A stretch of 61,581 bases of DNA, counting the filler, from Choristocarpus tenellus KU-1152 (taxonomy: Eukaryota > Protista > Phaeophyceae), in the NCBI GenBank assembly GCA_964200185.2. It is 11 parts of 11 records of this genome, joined end to end, with 100 filler letters (N's around TTAATTAATTAA, not from the genome) between each part and the next. Parts side by side here need not be neighbours in the genome. Positions count along the whole stretch, not along the records: positions 34,108 to 43,170 come from CAXNAD020004032.1; positions 43,271 to 50,966 come from CAXNAD020005738.1; 9 more parts are not named here. One strand, 5' to 3'. This document shows, one piece after another, positions 37,396 through 49,900 of this stretch. A program made the position numbers and the translations under genes. The first letter of the stretch is position 1. Each line of letters opens with the position of its first letter. The notes below the pieces were generated by a model, which did not search any database, was not told the origin of the DNA, and saw only the letters and a list, made by a program, of their open reading frames with translations.

Positions 37396-38864
37396 GTGCT
37401 GGACGGATGATACCCTTCAAACAGTCTCGTGGTCCTGATGGCAGCGCTTTAGAACCTGGCTTCTTCGCAGACATCTTCGTTCTGCCAAAAAGGGCAGATA
37501 CGTGGTAAATCCGTCTCCATCTACCTTGAGGTACGATCATGACGACAAAAGGTCATTGCATGGTGATGAGGATTGCATCACACAGGACACGGCCGACTCC
37601 GGCAATGCACCCAATGTGGGGATCACTGAAGCCTTCATGGAGGCGAGCTCCTACGATCAGCAACGAAACCTGCTTCTTCACAGTATCGAATACAGACTCA
37701 AATCCTCACCCAAGTCATATACGACCATGGGTTCAGGCTCATCAAGGCCGGCAAAGGGGCCGATTCTCTTGTTTTCGGGGATGAAAGCTACGTCCACGAG
37801 CCCACACGGGTTATACTCGGTGATCGTGGAGGGAAGTCAAGCAACACGTTGCATCCCAAGCATGTGGAAGCACTCCATGCGCGGAAGGCCATCTTCTTGA
37901 GCCTCGTGAAGCCCAAACCTTGGAACGCCAGGTGCTCTACACGCCTAAATCTATGGCACCTTCTTGTCGAGGCATACCCTAAGCTCATAGAGTGGTGGGA
38001 GAAGGGTGATGAATGCAATTTCGAGTCCGCCCACCAATTGAAATAGGAGCTCGGTTGTTTCGTTTTTTTGTTAAAGTACGGGTAGGGAGGGTTACACGTA
38101 CACTGATTTATGCATCAGTGTACCTTACCTTGGTGTCTGACTACCATGTTCATGCACTTTCCATTCGATGAGTTATGCATTTAGATAGTGGCATTGGATA
38201 CATTGCTACCAGTCAGAGTCATCAGCATATCATATATCATGCAGATGTTGAGGATTAGACCTGTGTTATTATTTGTTTAAAAGAGTGTGTCAGCTATAAA
38301 GTTTAGACAACTAAAATATACTACATCAATCAAACAACTCTTCTTCATCTGCTGAGCTAACCTTCCAAACAATTCACCAGGGCCTGTGATGGATACCCTG
38401 TCCTTTTCAAAACCGCTATTTACTCCTTGAACACTATAATGCACCTCCCCCCTGCTTCTCAGTACTCTATGCACCATGAGATGCTTTGTCCAAGTGTCGA
38501 CAAACTTGAACCGATCTCACCTTCCTTCGAATCTTGTAGTAATATATACCAAAATCCACGCACGATGCTCCTAAGCACAGCACCAACCCAGGACCTCTGG
38601 AAGTGTACCTTGAACTACTTTCAGAGAAACGTACGACAATAGACCTTGACCAATAACCATTCGTATGCACCTCCAGATTCCGTCCACACCTTACATGAGA
38701 GATATACTACACTAATCCAAAAATTAAACCTGACCCTTTTCCCTTCCTTCATACCAACAACTTCAATCCTAACACCCTCAGCGACAACCACCTCTTATTA
38801 CATACTAAATCCAACACATACACGCAAATAAACGAAGTATTGCATTTAAACTTTACATGGTATA

Positions 38865-39122
38865 GAGTGAAAGTATCTTAGAAGGTACGAGTTTTGCCCT
38901 GTTTGTCCCTTTGGTGCTTGGCTTCCAATGGGGTTTTTACGACATCTTCCTACTCCAAAATGTTTAAGAGTAGGTAAAATGTATACGTTATGAAAAGGTG
39001 TGTCTGGAACAAGGATATTGACACTTACTAACAAACATGATCGCCAAAATTATATCAAAATCACAGCATTGGATTTTGACCCCCAAATGGACACCGCTCT
39101 ACCCTCTAAGATACTTTGGCTC
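38865..39122 (+). mobile_element. MITE family B (~260 bp). Other copies at 54699-54964 and about 56964-57222, plus a right end at 34108-34149
   Basis: Inverted termini AAAGTATCTTAGA(A/G)GGTA...TACCCTCTAAGATACTTTG(G/A)CTC with shared internal sequence (tatgaaaaggtgtgtc..gaa.aaggatattga...). No clean TSD was found. Confidence 0.85.
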
Positions 39123-42100
39123 GTTGGAACTTCGTATTGAGAGGAACGCATACATAGGAATTGGCGGGATACGTTACACATTGCAAACGGCCGGTAGAGA
39201 CGAGGAAGGCTCGACCCTGGATGGACGCGTTCGGCACGGCACACTATGCGACAATGTTTGGATTAGGGGCCATGACTAGGGGGTCATACAACCGCTTGGG
39301 TACACCATCATGTCAGCCACATGATAATACATGCTATGTGAACGGACGATAGCCGCAACATCTGCCAAAGGCGCTAAATCATGATGGTGTGTTTGCGATG
39401 TTGGTCATTCAGAAACGCTCCAGTGTAAGGCTGCACGAAGGGTGAACGTTTCTTGTATGGGGACTCACCTTCTGGTTCCCTTTGGAGACATGGTGGCGTT
39501 CGGTGGTTGGACTAAGCCTCTCAGTTGATCACGGGATGTCTGCATTGGGTGGGTATGATGGAAATGGGACAGGAGAAACGGACAGAAGGAGAGAGAGAAA
39601 ATATTTTGTGCATCGAGTCAGGCCCAGAGGGGATGGCATGTCGCGGTCGGTTCACATCATCCTCCAGCCGTACGCACCTGATCACCTTGCACGAAGAGGA
39701 AGTCCTGTCGTCTTTTTTCCTTCCGACACGCCCGGTGTTTAGCGTTACGTACAGCGCACAGGGATAGCCACAGACGAGCCTGATTCTCATGGAAGGGATA
39801 CACACTTATTCTCTCTTGACCAAGAAAGTATAGACTCTTCAGCCTATTTTTTTTCAGTTGTATAACAATTTCACAATAAGCAATAAAAGAACAACCGCCT
39901 TTATGGAATCTATCCCTATTAAATAATAGTATATATATTGTGGTTATGAACAGGCTAGTTGGGGTGTTCCTTTTCCTCAGGAATCAAAAAGGAGATTTAA
40001 CAAGGAAAATTTTGCTCTCTTCACAGGTGTATTGAAATTTCTTTTGTATGTCTTCGACGGCGTTGAACAAGAACAAATAATCATAAAAATGTACATATAT
40101 GTAACTCCCCATCCGCTATTTCTTCATTAGTGCGAGAGGGTCAAAACTTTGAGTTTGCATCTTTATTTTCATAAATTTGCAGTTTAGTTGAATTATATTA
40201 TAGTGCATTATAGTACACATATATGCCAATATTATCTGGGGCGACACCCACCAAGCATTTGTCAACACTGTTTCCCAAAAAATCAGATCACAACAAACAC
40301 TCCACCATTCGATAAACTACCTCAATTCCCTTCGTCCTACATACTTCATGATATGTATTCACCACCTTTTTGATGTAGCTCACGAGTGACTGCATACGCG
40401 ATGCACACCTGTTCAGGATATTCTAATCGGGGAGGTTTTGGCTCTCCATGTATCACACGCACCCTTCTCTATGCTTTCAACGTGGGGTATCATCCAACAC
40501 GGCCGTGCTCCGTGGAACACTCGTGCCAAAAATTGTGCAAGTCCCTTCCCCCGAACAAAGTGGCAGTATTATCTACGTTTGCATCATCAAGATCGATCAC
40601 TAATGTCAAAGGGAAATAAGCCCACCCAACTCATATTGTAACCTCGTTTGAATCCCACTCAGGAAACGGGGACTAAAGAGACTGCCCAAGACCAGTGCCG
40701 CCCGTCTGTAGAAGAAATCCAAAATGGACCTGATCATGGACCTCTCCCTCTCTATGTTTGTCAACCACGATGGTCCAGAAGATATGGAAGGAAGCGGCCA
40801 CACTTGGAACAACCTTGCCTTTTGGTTGTAGGACGAGAAAAGCAGATTTCCACCATTGGCGAGCGCGTTGCGAGTTGTGCTGCCTTGGGAATAACGCGAG
40901 TCCACACCCGATCTCCAGGTCAAGACATTCCTAGAATGTGTAAAGAAAGATCTTAGCACCGAGCACACCCGCCAGGTATACAAATCCATCCTTGTAGGCA
41001 TCGCTCCTGATGTTGAAATAGACGATGGTGGGGTGACATCGACGTTTCAACCCCTTCTTTCCGTCACTGAACGTCTTTGTCACTGAAGACTTCGAGGTGC
41101 TGAGTGCTAGCTTTGTTGATGAAGTGCCAACTATTCACATGACACGGACGGACAAGGTGAGAAACGCTTCTGATTTCTTCTAAGAGAATAATGCCCCACA
41201 CGAATGAATCCACGCTGTCCATGTACAGATGTCAAATATTCCCTTATATCCCCTCTAACCCAAATAAATTCCTCCCATTACGTCCAATCTGACATCCAAA
41301 TCAGTGTCATTTCGTTCTCCCAACCTGCAACCGCCACTGACACCTTTCACACAATATTTTACAACTTACGTAGGGCGAATAAGTGTATACCATTCATTCA
41401 TTTCGTTGCCTAAGTGTATCCTCTATCATACATAAAACTATCCGTTTCTCAAAAAGGTCAACAAACAGCGCCCCTATACAACCAAACTAGGCCATCACGC
41501 GCAAACACATGTCAATAGTCCTACACACCAATACAGCCCCTGCAACGAACATATTTTTGGTGATACAGGACCCACAACCGGGTCCCCGTGTCGTGCCCCT
41601 TCAGGCTATCATCATCCCAGACTTCACAGACATGGACTACAACCACCTGGACAACAGATTCACGATCCTGCCTGGTCAATACCGGAGGTTCACCTCGGAA
41701 TCCAACCGGCAATCCCTCGGTGGGATACCTGCTCACTTCTCTAGGCAACTCAGACTTGGGGACACATCCGACGCCAGGTTCGGTCGAGGAACCAGCTTCA
41801 TCCTACGCGCGAGAGGGGGGGCCACCACACAGGAGGAGGTCAGCGATGTTCACGTAGATGATTTAGGGGTGTATATTTACTCAGAGTCCTACCTCCCAGA
41901 CGATGGCGAAAAATCTTTGCCCCCTCAACTGGGGTCGTACATGACAGAGGACGAGATCGAGGAGGGTGTCAACCAACTTCGAGAGAGAAAAACAATAGGG
42001 ACAGTGACGAAGCTGCAGCCCTGTGTGTCAGACAACACAATCGGTCGATTGTTGACCACCAGTGGAAGCGTAGGCATATGGACAAGGATACATAGAAATA

Positions 42101-42127
42101 TATACTCCTTGAACCGACACTGAGTTA

Positions 42128-42424
42128 TTGGCCAATTTAGATGAGGGAGAAACACTCAATGCCAGAACCAAGGGCAGGGGAATATACTTCAGATTGGACG
42201 ATCTGTGGATGCGAGGGACCGTGACCAAGTACCAACCCCACTACACGTTGAAAGTTAGAGAGGAGCGAGTCAGCTACCCCTACGAGGTCAAATGGGAGAA
42301 TGGCGACTTGCGAAATATCCAGCTTCTTGTCCAACACTACAGTATTGACCAAGACGCTCCTACACGGGCCTGGTTCTGGACAAGTCCTACGCTGCCACCA
42401 TACCGACGACAGACACGGCTTTGA
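42128..42424 (+). pseudogene. Tudor/SH3-like beta-barrel coding segment, apparently a frameshifted continuation of ORF 41509-42123
   Basis: GRGIYFRLDDLWMRGTVTKY...YPYEVKWENGD has the W..G.V....Y.V.W.DGD pattern of Tudor-like folds. Recognised by pattern only. Confidence 0.45.
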
Positions 42425-42999
42425 GGAGCAACATAGGCCAATTCTGTTCGTGAGTCACCCTCTACTTCGCCAGCCCGACACATGCCTCAACAGACATGTT
42501 ATGATGGAGAGATCGGACGTTCTCTAAATCAACGGACTTATGCATTTGGTATATATTGAATTTATTATCCTCCCGAAGAGTATGTGTCTATGTGTCCTCA
42601 TACTCATGTTCTTAGTGGCCCGGTGGCAACCTAGATTCATCTCCATTAGAGCGTTCTGCCACCATTCTCAAATACTTTTACTGCCTTGCCACAATCCTTT
42701 TTCCTCCACTCTTTGCGTTGATCGGACCACAGAGCAATTGGCAGAAACCTTGCCACAAATACGTTGACCCACAAGCATCTCGTACTCCACACCACTATCT
42801 TCATCACAAGTCGAGATTTCCACAACAGATGACCTCTCTTCCATACCCAAACCAAGCGGCGGCAACCACCCAGGCTCGAAAATTTGAATCCAACGGGAAC
42901 TTCCCTGAGCCATAATAACGTAGTCTACACCCACTCAAGCGCCAAGCGTAGGTCCTAAAGGTATTTTAGTCCAAAATACATCAAAAGAGGACGGTGGCT

Positions 43000-43170
43000 G
43001 GGTCAAAGTATCTTGGGGGGTGGTGGTTTATGAGGGGGCGTCCGTTTCGGTCCAGACGAATTGCTCAAAATCATAGCAATTGCTGTCTTCTGTCGCGGAC
43101 GATTCACGACTGAAGATAGCAATTGCTATGATTTTTGAGCAATTCGTCCAGTCCGAGACGGACGCCCCCC
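43000..43170. mobile_element. MITE family C, fold-back element cut by the contig end
   Basis: Begins GGGTCAAAGTATCTTGGGGGG. The arms gggggcgtccgtttcgg...aattgctcaaaatcatagcaattgct and agcaattgctatgatttttgagcaatt...ccgagacggacgcccccc are reverse complements. Confidence 0.8.
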
Positions 43171-43689
43171 NNNNNNNNNNNNNNNNNNNNNNNNNNNNNN
43201 NNNNNNNNNNNNNNTTAATTAATTAANNNNNNNNNNNNNNNNNNNNNNNNNNNNNNNNNNNNNNNNNNNNGGAGTGGGGTAGGGTGGGGTTTCAATCACT
43301 ATTAGTCGACCTAACTTACCATAATTCAAGAAAGCGGTATGGGGGGAGGGGAGGACCTAAAGGACCAAACTAAAAGACAAAACGCAACAAGATCTCTGGT
43401 TGACACAATTTCTGGAGTCACCACACCCATGATATTACACCTGTCCAAATACCTCATACGATATCAATTCTTCATCTATGAAGAGTCTGTACCCTCTCAA
43501 GGCTAGAAATCAATCACAGGAAGGGCTGCACTCTGATAGGGGATAACAAAGCCCTCAACACAGCAAGCTAACATACCTTAATACAAAAAAACTTCCTCCC
43601 TCAAACCACTACTCTTTTGCACATCCACATCCACAACATGGTCCAACAACCTGACCAGTACCCCCATTGGGCCCATATCAAGAGCCACA

Positions 43690-46289
43690 TCACAGCTCCT
43701 TATCAACTTCGTCTGATGACCCTTTGAGATCCTCAATCACCTCAGCCATATTTTCGACCAATACCTCTGTATCTTCCTTGGCATCATCCAAAGCCTCCAC
43801 AGCAGCATCTACTGCAACTTCCTCAATATCCACAACTCCTGCAATGGTGTCCTCAATTGACTCCACCACTGAGTCCGTCGCCCCCTCAACCACTGAATCC
43901 ACTGCCTCCTCAACCACCGAGCCCACTGCCTCCTCCACCTCCACCACCTCCTCCACCGAGCCCACTGCCCCCTCCACCACTTCAATTGTCTCACTGGGAA
44001 CATCCACCACAATCTCACCAACAACCTCCTGGTCAATTCCGGTTTCTTCAGTCCCTGCTTCAATCTGTCACAAGCGGGCCAGTCGTGATGCAGGTATTCA
44101 ATTACAGTATATGAGTATCATTAAGTGTGCCTGAGGAGATGAAAGCCTGGGTGTTTGAACAAGTCACACAGTGGGCAGGCGAGGTAAATATCAGGTAGCA
44201 GAGCTCGGAGTTGTGAGGAGAGGTTTTCACTGAAGACACACCGCCAGTCTTGTGCAGTCTCTTCAACCTCTTTCCTTAGCTCATGAGAAGAGCAGTACCA
44301 CCTAAGCTATATTGTTGTTATTTCAGCATAGCACAGTTTAGGATCATACGCATGTTTTACTTGTTTGGGATGCATTTACCAAAGGAATAGATGAAGAGAG
44401 GCACTTAAAGAAGGTGCAGCTTGGGGGGGAGCAAGGGTAGGCAATGCAGACACAATGTCATGCTGACCATACAAAGAGGCCAGGAGAGAGGCAGACAAAA
44501 GCATAACAGTTGGGGGATGCGAGGGATAAAGATACACAAGACAAAGACTGCCAAGGTAATTTGTTTGAATTAGGTCTTAGACCATCAAGCGTACACCAGA
44601 GCTGGTCTTTACTCACCCAGTTTAGTGCCTTGTACGCTCTGCCTGCACTTTTTTAATGGTAGAAATTTGACGGATTATGCCACAAATAAATTACACATTT
44701 TTTCCTCCTGAACACCAATCCCAATCCATCAACAAATCCAATTAATCCAAAATGTTACAGGTGGAGTATGCAAGGAACCATTTGAGTGAGAATGCTCAAG
44801 CACAATTTACTCACAATAGGACAATGTTGGTACTTGTTGATGCGATGAAGAACACTCACCATGTTCTGAACTTACAACACTTATGCACAGATTGCTGGAC
44901 AATACTGCAGGTATTACACCACAAAACACAAGTCTCTATCAATCTCTGTCACAATATCCCAATACTTGAATGAATACTTAACAAGAGAGACAGATCAAAC
45001 TAGATCAAAGTCAACATGAAGAAGATCACTCCAACACGCAGATTTAAGCTGAAGTTGGCAACCACAGTACCCTCTTTGGGCCAACACCACATAACATCGA
45101 TCATAGTGTCACACAGTTCCAGTTGTGAAAACAATGCATTTATCAACGATTTCTAGTTCTTTTGACTTGTCCAAATCAACAAGATGGCATCTGTGCTTCA
45201 TTGTGGATTTCGTGGAACTTCTTAGTTGCAGATGTCCAGGTAGTTGGTGTGTTATGTAGGGTTACGTAACACAGCAGATATTTCATGCTTTTTGGTCGTC
45301 ACCAAGAGCACACATGGTACACTGTGCACACTATGGATAATACCAATACCATGATCAACCAAAGTAGAGCGTGTAAAACCGAAATAATCAATGGATCAGT
45401 AGAATCCTCACTTTTGCCGAGAGTTCTGCTTCAATGGCCACAACTGTGGACTACCGCAAGCAACCTGAAAAAAGATTCCAATTTGTAAGGGTGCTGATGC
45501 TCACCGTATCAATCGCCTTCTTCTTTGGTGGTGCGATGTTCTTCACAGCCTTGCCCACACCCTTCGCACATGCGCTGGTTTTCTTGGCAACCCATTTGAA
45601 CGGTTTCACCAAGTGCCTCAAAGGACTGGGTAGCATGACAAGTGATGGCAATATACCAGAACGTACATAGACATCAGAAATTTAAAAGCACGAATCAGAC
45701 AGCAATTGTACATTTAGACGAGAGGTTTGTTTTTAGGCACCACCTAGGGCCATGAATCGCTTGACCACTCTGAGGGCATCACTGGCGATTAATTTGACTC
45801 CAACACGACTCTTTCCTAAAGCCTTCTCGCTGTATTCATAACTCACTGATTCACATGCTAAGCATTAACACGGAGCAATGTGCAGTTTCGAAATAAGACT
45901 CCTGATTTACGGCGCCAAGATTCGGAGACTACAATCAATGGTCAAATGGCCTGACGAACACAATGGCTTAATCACTTTAGCTAGACTTTGGTCTATACAA
46001 GGTTCTGTTTTCTCTCAGTAATTTTCACCAAGGAGAAGAATAACCAATCGTGGCGACGAGAATCAGAGGAGAAAGGGCGTAGGTTCAATACAAGGTTGAA
46101 GCTTGACAGCTAGGAGCACCACAAAATGCAGTGCACAACACTACTGATGCTGGCATCTACCTAAGACTTCACTCCTTCTATGACCTACCTCTTTCTTTTC
46201 CTGGCATCCTCTTCTCCCGCAGCCAAGGTGATCAATGCCAACGCCACGAAGAAAACATAGACCAGTCTGAAAGTGGGAGTCACACGCAT
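43690..46289 (-). CDS. About 198-aa signal-peptide protein with a Lys-rich segment, a Glu/Val-rich tail and C-terminal DKEL. Exons 46289-46189, 45625-45505, 44064-43690
   Basis: MRVTPTFRLVYVFFVALALITLAAGEEDARKRKS|PLRHLVKPFKWVAKK...KKKAIDT|IEAGTEE...SSDEVDKEL*. GT-AG introns in phases 2 and 0 are consistent. Extra internal exons cannot be excluded. Confidence 0.75.
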
Positions 46290-46763
46290 TTTTCCTGAGA
46301 GGTATTAAGTTATGCCGACAAAGACACCCAGCTCCGCCCTTAACTTGACCACGTGACTGAGTCACACACAGTTTTGTTCCTGAATACTTTCTCTCTCGGC
46401 CCGCTAGACCTCTGCTGGGAATGGTATCTGAAGTTGTGAGAAGTTACTCCTGTTGTGTGAATGTTGGTATGACAAGTGTCAAAGTTGACATTTAGGTCAA
46501 CCTTCAATATCAATATTCGATATTTTCATGTCGCCAAATATCAAATACCTTTTGCCGATATACAAATATATTGTTTATAGTAGACTTAGTGAGTCCTCTT
46601 CGATTCGATCTCCATTTCGATGTACTAGTGTTGTACTATGATGGACAATTTGAGAAGTTATCAAAATCAAATACGACAGATAATCGACAACACTTGTAAG
46701 GGAGACACATTAGTAACGGGACCCGTGTTTCCCACTCCGTGCTTTCAGCTGATCCTACTCAGA

Positions 46764-47764
46764 ATGAATCGTACTCGGACAATAGTTGCTGCGGTTGTAT
46801 CTAGGGGTGTGAATGTTAGGCTTGCCAAGTCACTGATTGGGGATGGAGCAACCAGTGGACAACTTTCCAGGTGTTGGAAGCCTGTACTGGTGTATTGCGT
46901 TCTCTTTGTTTCCCATTTTACTAATTCCAAAGTATTTTGGCCTCTGTCGGCCGGTGCTCATGCGCAGGGCTATTTTCTTTTTCGTTGAGAATGCTGCAGA
47001 ATCCAATCACGCACTTTCTCTTGGTCATCTTTGTAGCTAGGCAACGAGATTGAAGAACACTTCAGGCACAGGCGCTCTGCTTGTTGAAGCACCGTTCGAT
47101 TCCGACTTACAGCACGTTCCTCAATGTCGCAGGGGTGGAACGCAATGGTATTGGAACCAACGAAAATTCCTAAGCAGCTCTGGCGGTGGCAAGGAGGGGC
47201 AATTGCAGAACCTCCTAAGGTGACGAGTGAAGGTTGCGAATGAGGGTGGTTGCGTCAGAGACCCAAATCCAACCCCAGTCATTCAGTCATTTACTCTCAT
47301 GCTGTAATTCATTTCCAGGCATCGAAGCCAACTGGATGCTGGATGCAATTGCCTTTGATCCAGTTTTTGTCTAGGCTCTCTACTTCAATCAAGAATCTGT
47401 TTTCGAGTAGGACTCCTCCGATCTCGCCACCATGAACATAGTTTGATCTGCAATAGAGGGCTTGAATACTCAAAATTCATCCACCTCTCTACATTGTTTG
47501 AGTTATTGGCAGAATGTAAGGAACAGTACTTATACTAGCTCATTGCCCTTCCCGTGTCTCCTCAGGTCAAAGGTAGCAGCCTCTAAGGCAGTTGTTCAGG
47601 ACATCTCTGGGGGATGCGGGAGTATGTATAAGATCGAGGTAGAATCGCCGATGTTCAAAGGCAAGGGGCTGGTGGCACAGCACCGGATGGTGAAGGAAGC
47701 CCTCAGGGATGAAATAGCTTCAATGCATGGTCTCACAATATTAACAAGGGCACCTCCATCCTGA
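46764..47764 (+). CDS. BOLA3: BolA family protein, BolA3-like. Last exon 47566-47764, a preceding exon ends at 47219, 5' structure uncertain
   Basis: VVQDISGGCGSMYKIEVESPMFKGKGLVAQHRMVKEALRDEIASMHGLTILT carries the BolA3 DISGGCG signature. The Arg-rich N-terminus is compatible with a mitochondrial presequence. Confidence 0.85.
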
Positions 47765-48224
47765 GTTTTGCGACCAGATAATGACTGGTGGTACAGGCAA
47801 GAAGGGGTCTTGGCACTGCTTTATCTACTGCCCTAGAGTGTGTGAACAGTGAAGGGTTTTGCAATGAATCTGGATAGCATCAATCTTATCCAGTGCAACA
47901 TCATGTTTGCTTTCAATTGGAAGGGGCCCCTCTACATCCCACAAGGCTCCTCAAGTAGTAATGGTAGGGGGGGAATATCTACAGTGCCTACGACAACCAA
48001 CAATAATGATGATCAAAAAAGTATTTTATTGCCCTCCAAATACTCTCACCTAGATCCTGGGTCCTTATCGAGGTGAATGCTCACCTCCAGAAACGTGTCA
48101 GACAACATACTGACGCCTCTACATGTGTTTTACCAGTCCTAACTAGGTGGATGGTATATACTAACCTCTTACGTCTTCATCATCTACTTGTGGTCCTCAC
48201 ACTCCATTTGAAGTGGCGTATCCT

Positions 48225-49900
48225 CTAATTTTCCTCGTCCTGCAGACTCAAAGGGGTCAAATACAAAATTGTAGATCAGGGTAATATTGGTCACTACTTT
48301 TTTTTATAGAGTATTTCATTTATTCGGTGTAGGAATATGTTCCTTGTCATTTAACTGTTTCTGGCAAGAGGTAATTGTATTTGGCATGGGCAACTGTATT
48401 TCCTACCAATGATACAGTGATAGGTCACACAGTAAGCGCACAATATTCTGTTTGGGTATAGATCCCTTCTCCATGTTTTTAAAGATGCTGAGGTGGATTG
48501 TATTCAATGGAATAGAGACTTGAAGCTATCTCCAAGGTGTAGGTGTCGTGTCCTTTGTGATGATGAAACTACCTACTCAACTTGTCAGGCTTTTTTTTTC
48601 TTCTGAAAATATCACCATAGAATCATATTTGAAGTTTCAAAACTGACAGAACATCAAGAACAAAAAGTTGTTGCCACAAGTTCAATCTTTTATCACAAAA
48701 GTTCGCACCTTTTTTGCTTTCTTGTTGGTATTGCCACAATTAGGCTCTGCAACCACAGCCTTATCCCCTGTGCTACCAAAGCCCCCCGCCCCCCTCTCAC
48801 TATCTGGTAGGGTATCACACTGCAGAGGAAGAAAGAGCGTGGATAACAGCTAAATGTTCAACTATCAATCTTGGCCATGCTTCATAACAAACTGTATCTA
48901 TAAATCTTGTATTTGCATTGCTTGTACAAGGACACCAAAACAGAATTTCCAAAAGAACCCTCTAGGCAGTCTGTAGCTTCAACTTATCGAGCGGTCTCTG
49001 TATTCGGGACAAACTTGAGATAGGACCAAGAGGCACTATTAGTTCCTTTACAAAAAAAGTTGCGAGGATTCCTAAGGATGTGTTAGTCGTGATACAGTGT
49101 ATGCGAAACAAGTGAAATGATGGTGTAATCATTCTTATCGTGCTCTGTGCCAAGATATCGGTTGGGCAAACTTTTGCCATGCAAATGTAGAAGACCGTTG
49201 TGAAAGAAAAGATAGAATATTGGCTAGGACGACTACACAGGAAATATTATTTCACTTCTCACCTCCTGCACGGCCGCCATGCAGATACGCTCGAGAATCA
49301 GTTGAGCAATGCGATCTCCAGGGTTGACCTTGAAGTCTTCGGGTCCATGGTTGAAGAGCACCACCCCAACAGGACCCCGATAATCGTAATCTACCACACC
49401 AGCCCCAACATCTATCATTTTCTTCAGTGCCAGCCCAGAGCGCGGAGCTATTCGCGCGTAGGTATTGGGCGGGATTGCGATGGATAGATCCGTCTTTACC
49501 AGAGCTTGAGAGCGGGCAGGAATTATAACTTCATATGCACTGCAGTGGAAGGTGTTGGCAAAGAGGGAGACAAAGTGCGGGATTTGGGGTGCCATGAAAC
49601 AGGTTAGCATTCTGCGACGGCAAAGACTGCCAGTCATACTTTGGGTATAGTAGAAAAGTGACCATTCAACCACCTTGCTAAATCGAAGCCAGCCGCATGT
49701 GCAGTTCCCCGGACTGGAAGATAGGCGTTATCCGACAACTTCTTTACCAGCATGACTTCGTCTTGGGTAGAGGTGGACATGGCAATAGTTCGAGTTCTTG
49801 TGGAAAGGACTGGATTGAGTAATCCTGGCGAGGATAGTAGGCCCGTTCTCCCGGCGTTTACGGCCACGACAATGGGAAGGAAGGCAAAGACCGCACGCAT
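48225..49900 (-). CDS. DUT: dUTP pyrophosphatase. Exons 49900-49674, 49539-49263, then from 48819 either to the stop at 48682 or spliced to a 15-nt exon at 48239-48225
   Basis: All five trimeric dUTPase motifs are present: [42 protein letters not shown]. Confidence 0.95.

Larger units (their letters stand above)
34150..42999 (+). pseudogene. Decayed multi-ORF island, probably a large transposon or a virus-derived insert
   Basis: Successive + strand coding-like stretches are broken by stops and frameshifts (34845-35027, 35240-35620, 36266-37022, 37502-38046, 40663-41060, 41509-42424). It also has a 330-bp internal duplication and MITE insertions. No housekeeping motif was recognised. Confidence 0.5.

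Noticed and set aside
43667-44134. Ser/Thr-rich mucin-like ORF on the + strand
   Set aside because: It is the antisense shadow of the Glu/Val-rich exon, which has a proper acceptor and joins in phase on the - strand.
45465-45504. 40-nt mini-intron followed by an extra exon in the DKEL gene
   Set aside because: The extra exon would end out of phase with the acidic exon. The direct phase-0 join is simpler.
12669-49900. NB-ARC + Y-polymerase + dUTPase + helicase as one defence, mutagenesis or viral gene cluster
   Set aside because: They lie on different contigs joined artificially, and the intact ones are intron-rich host-type genes.
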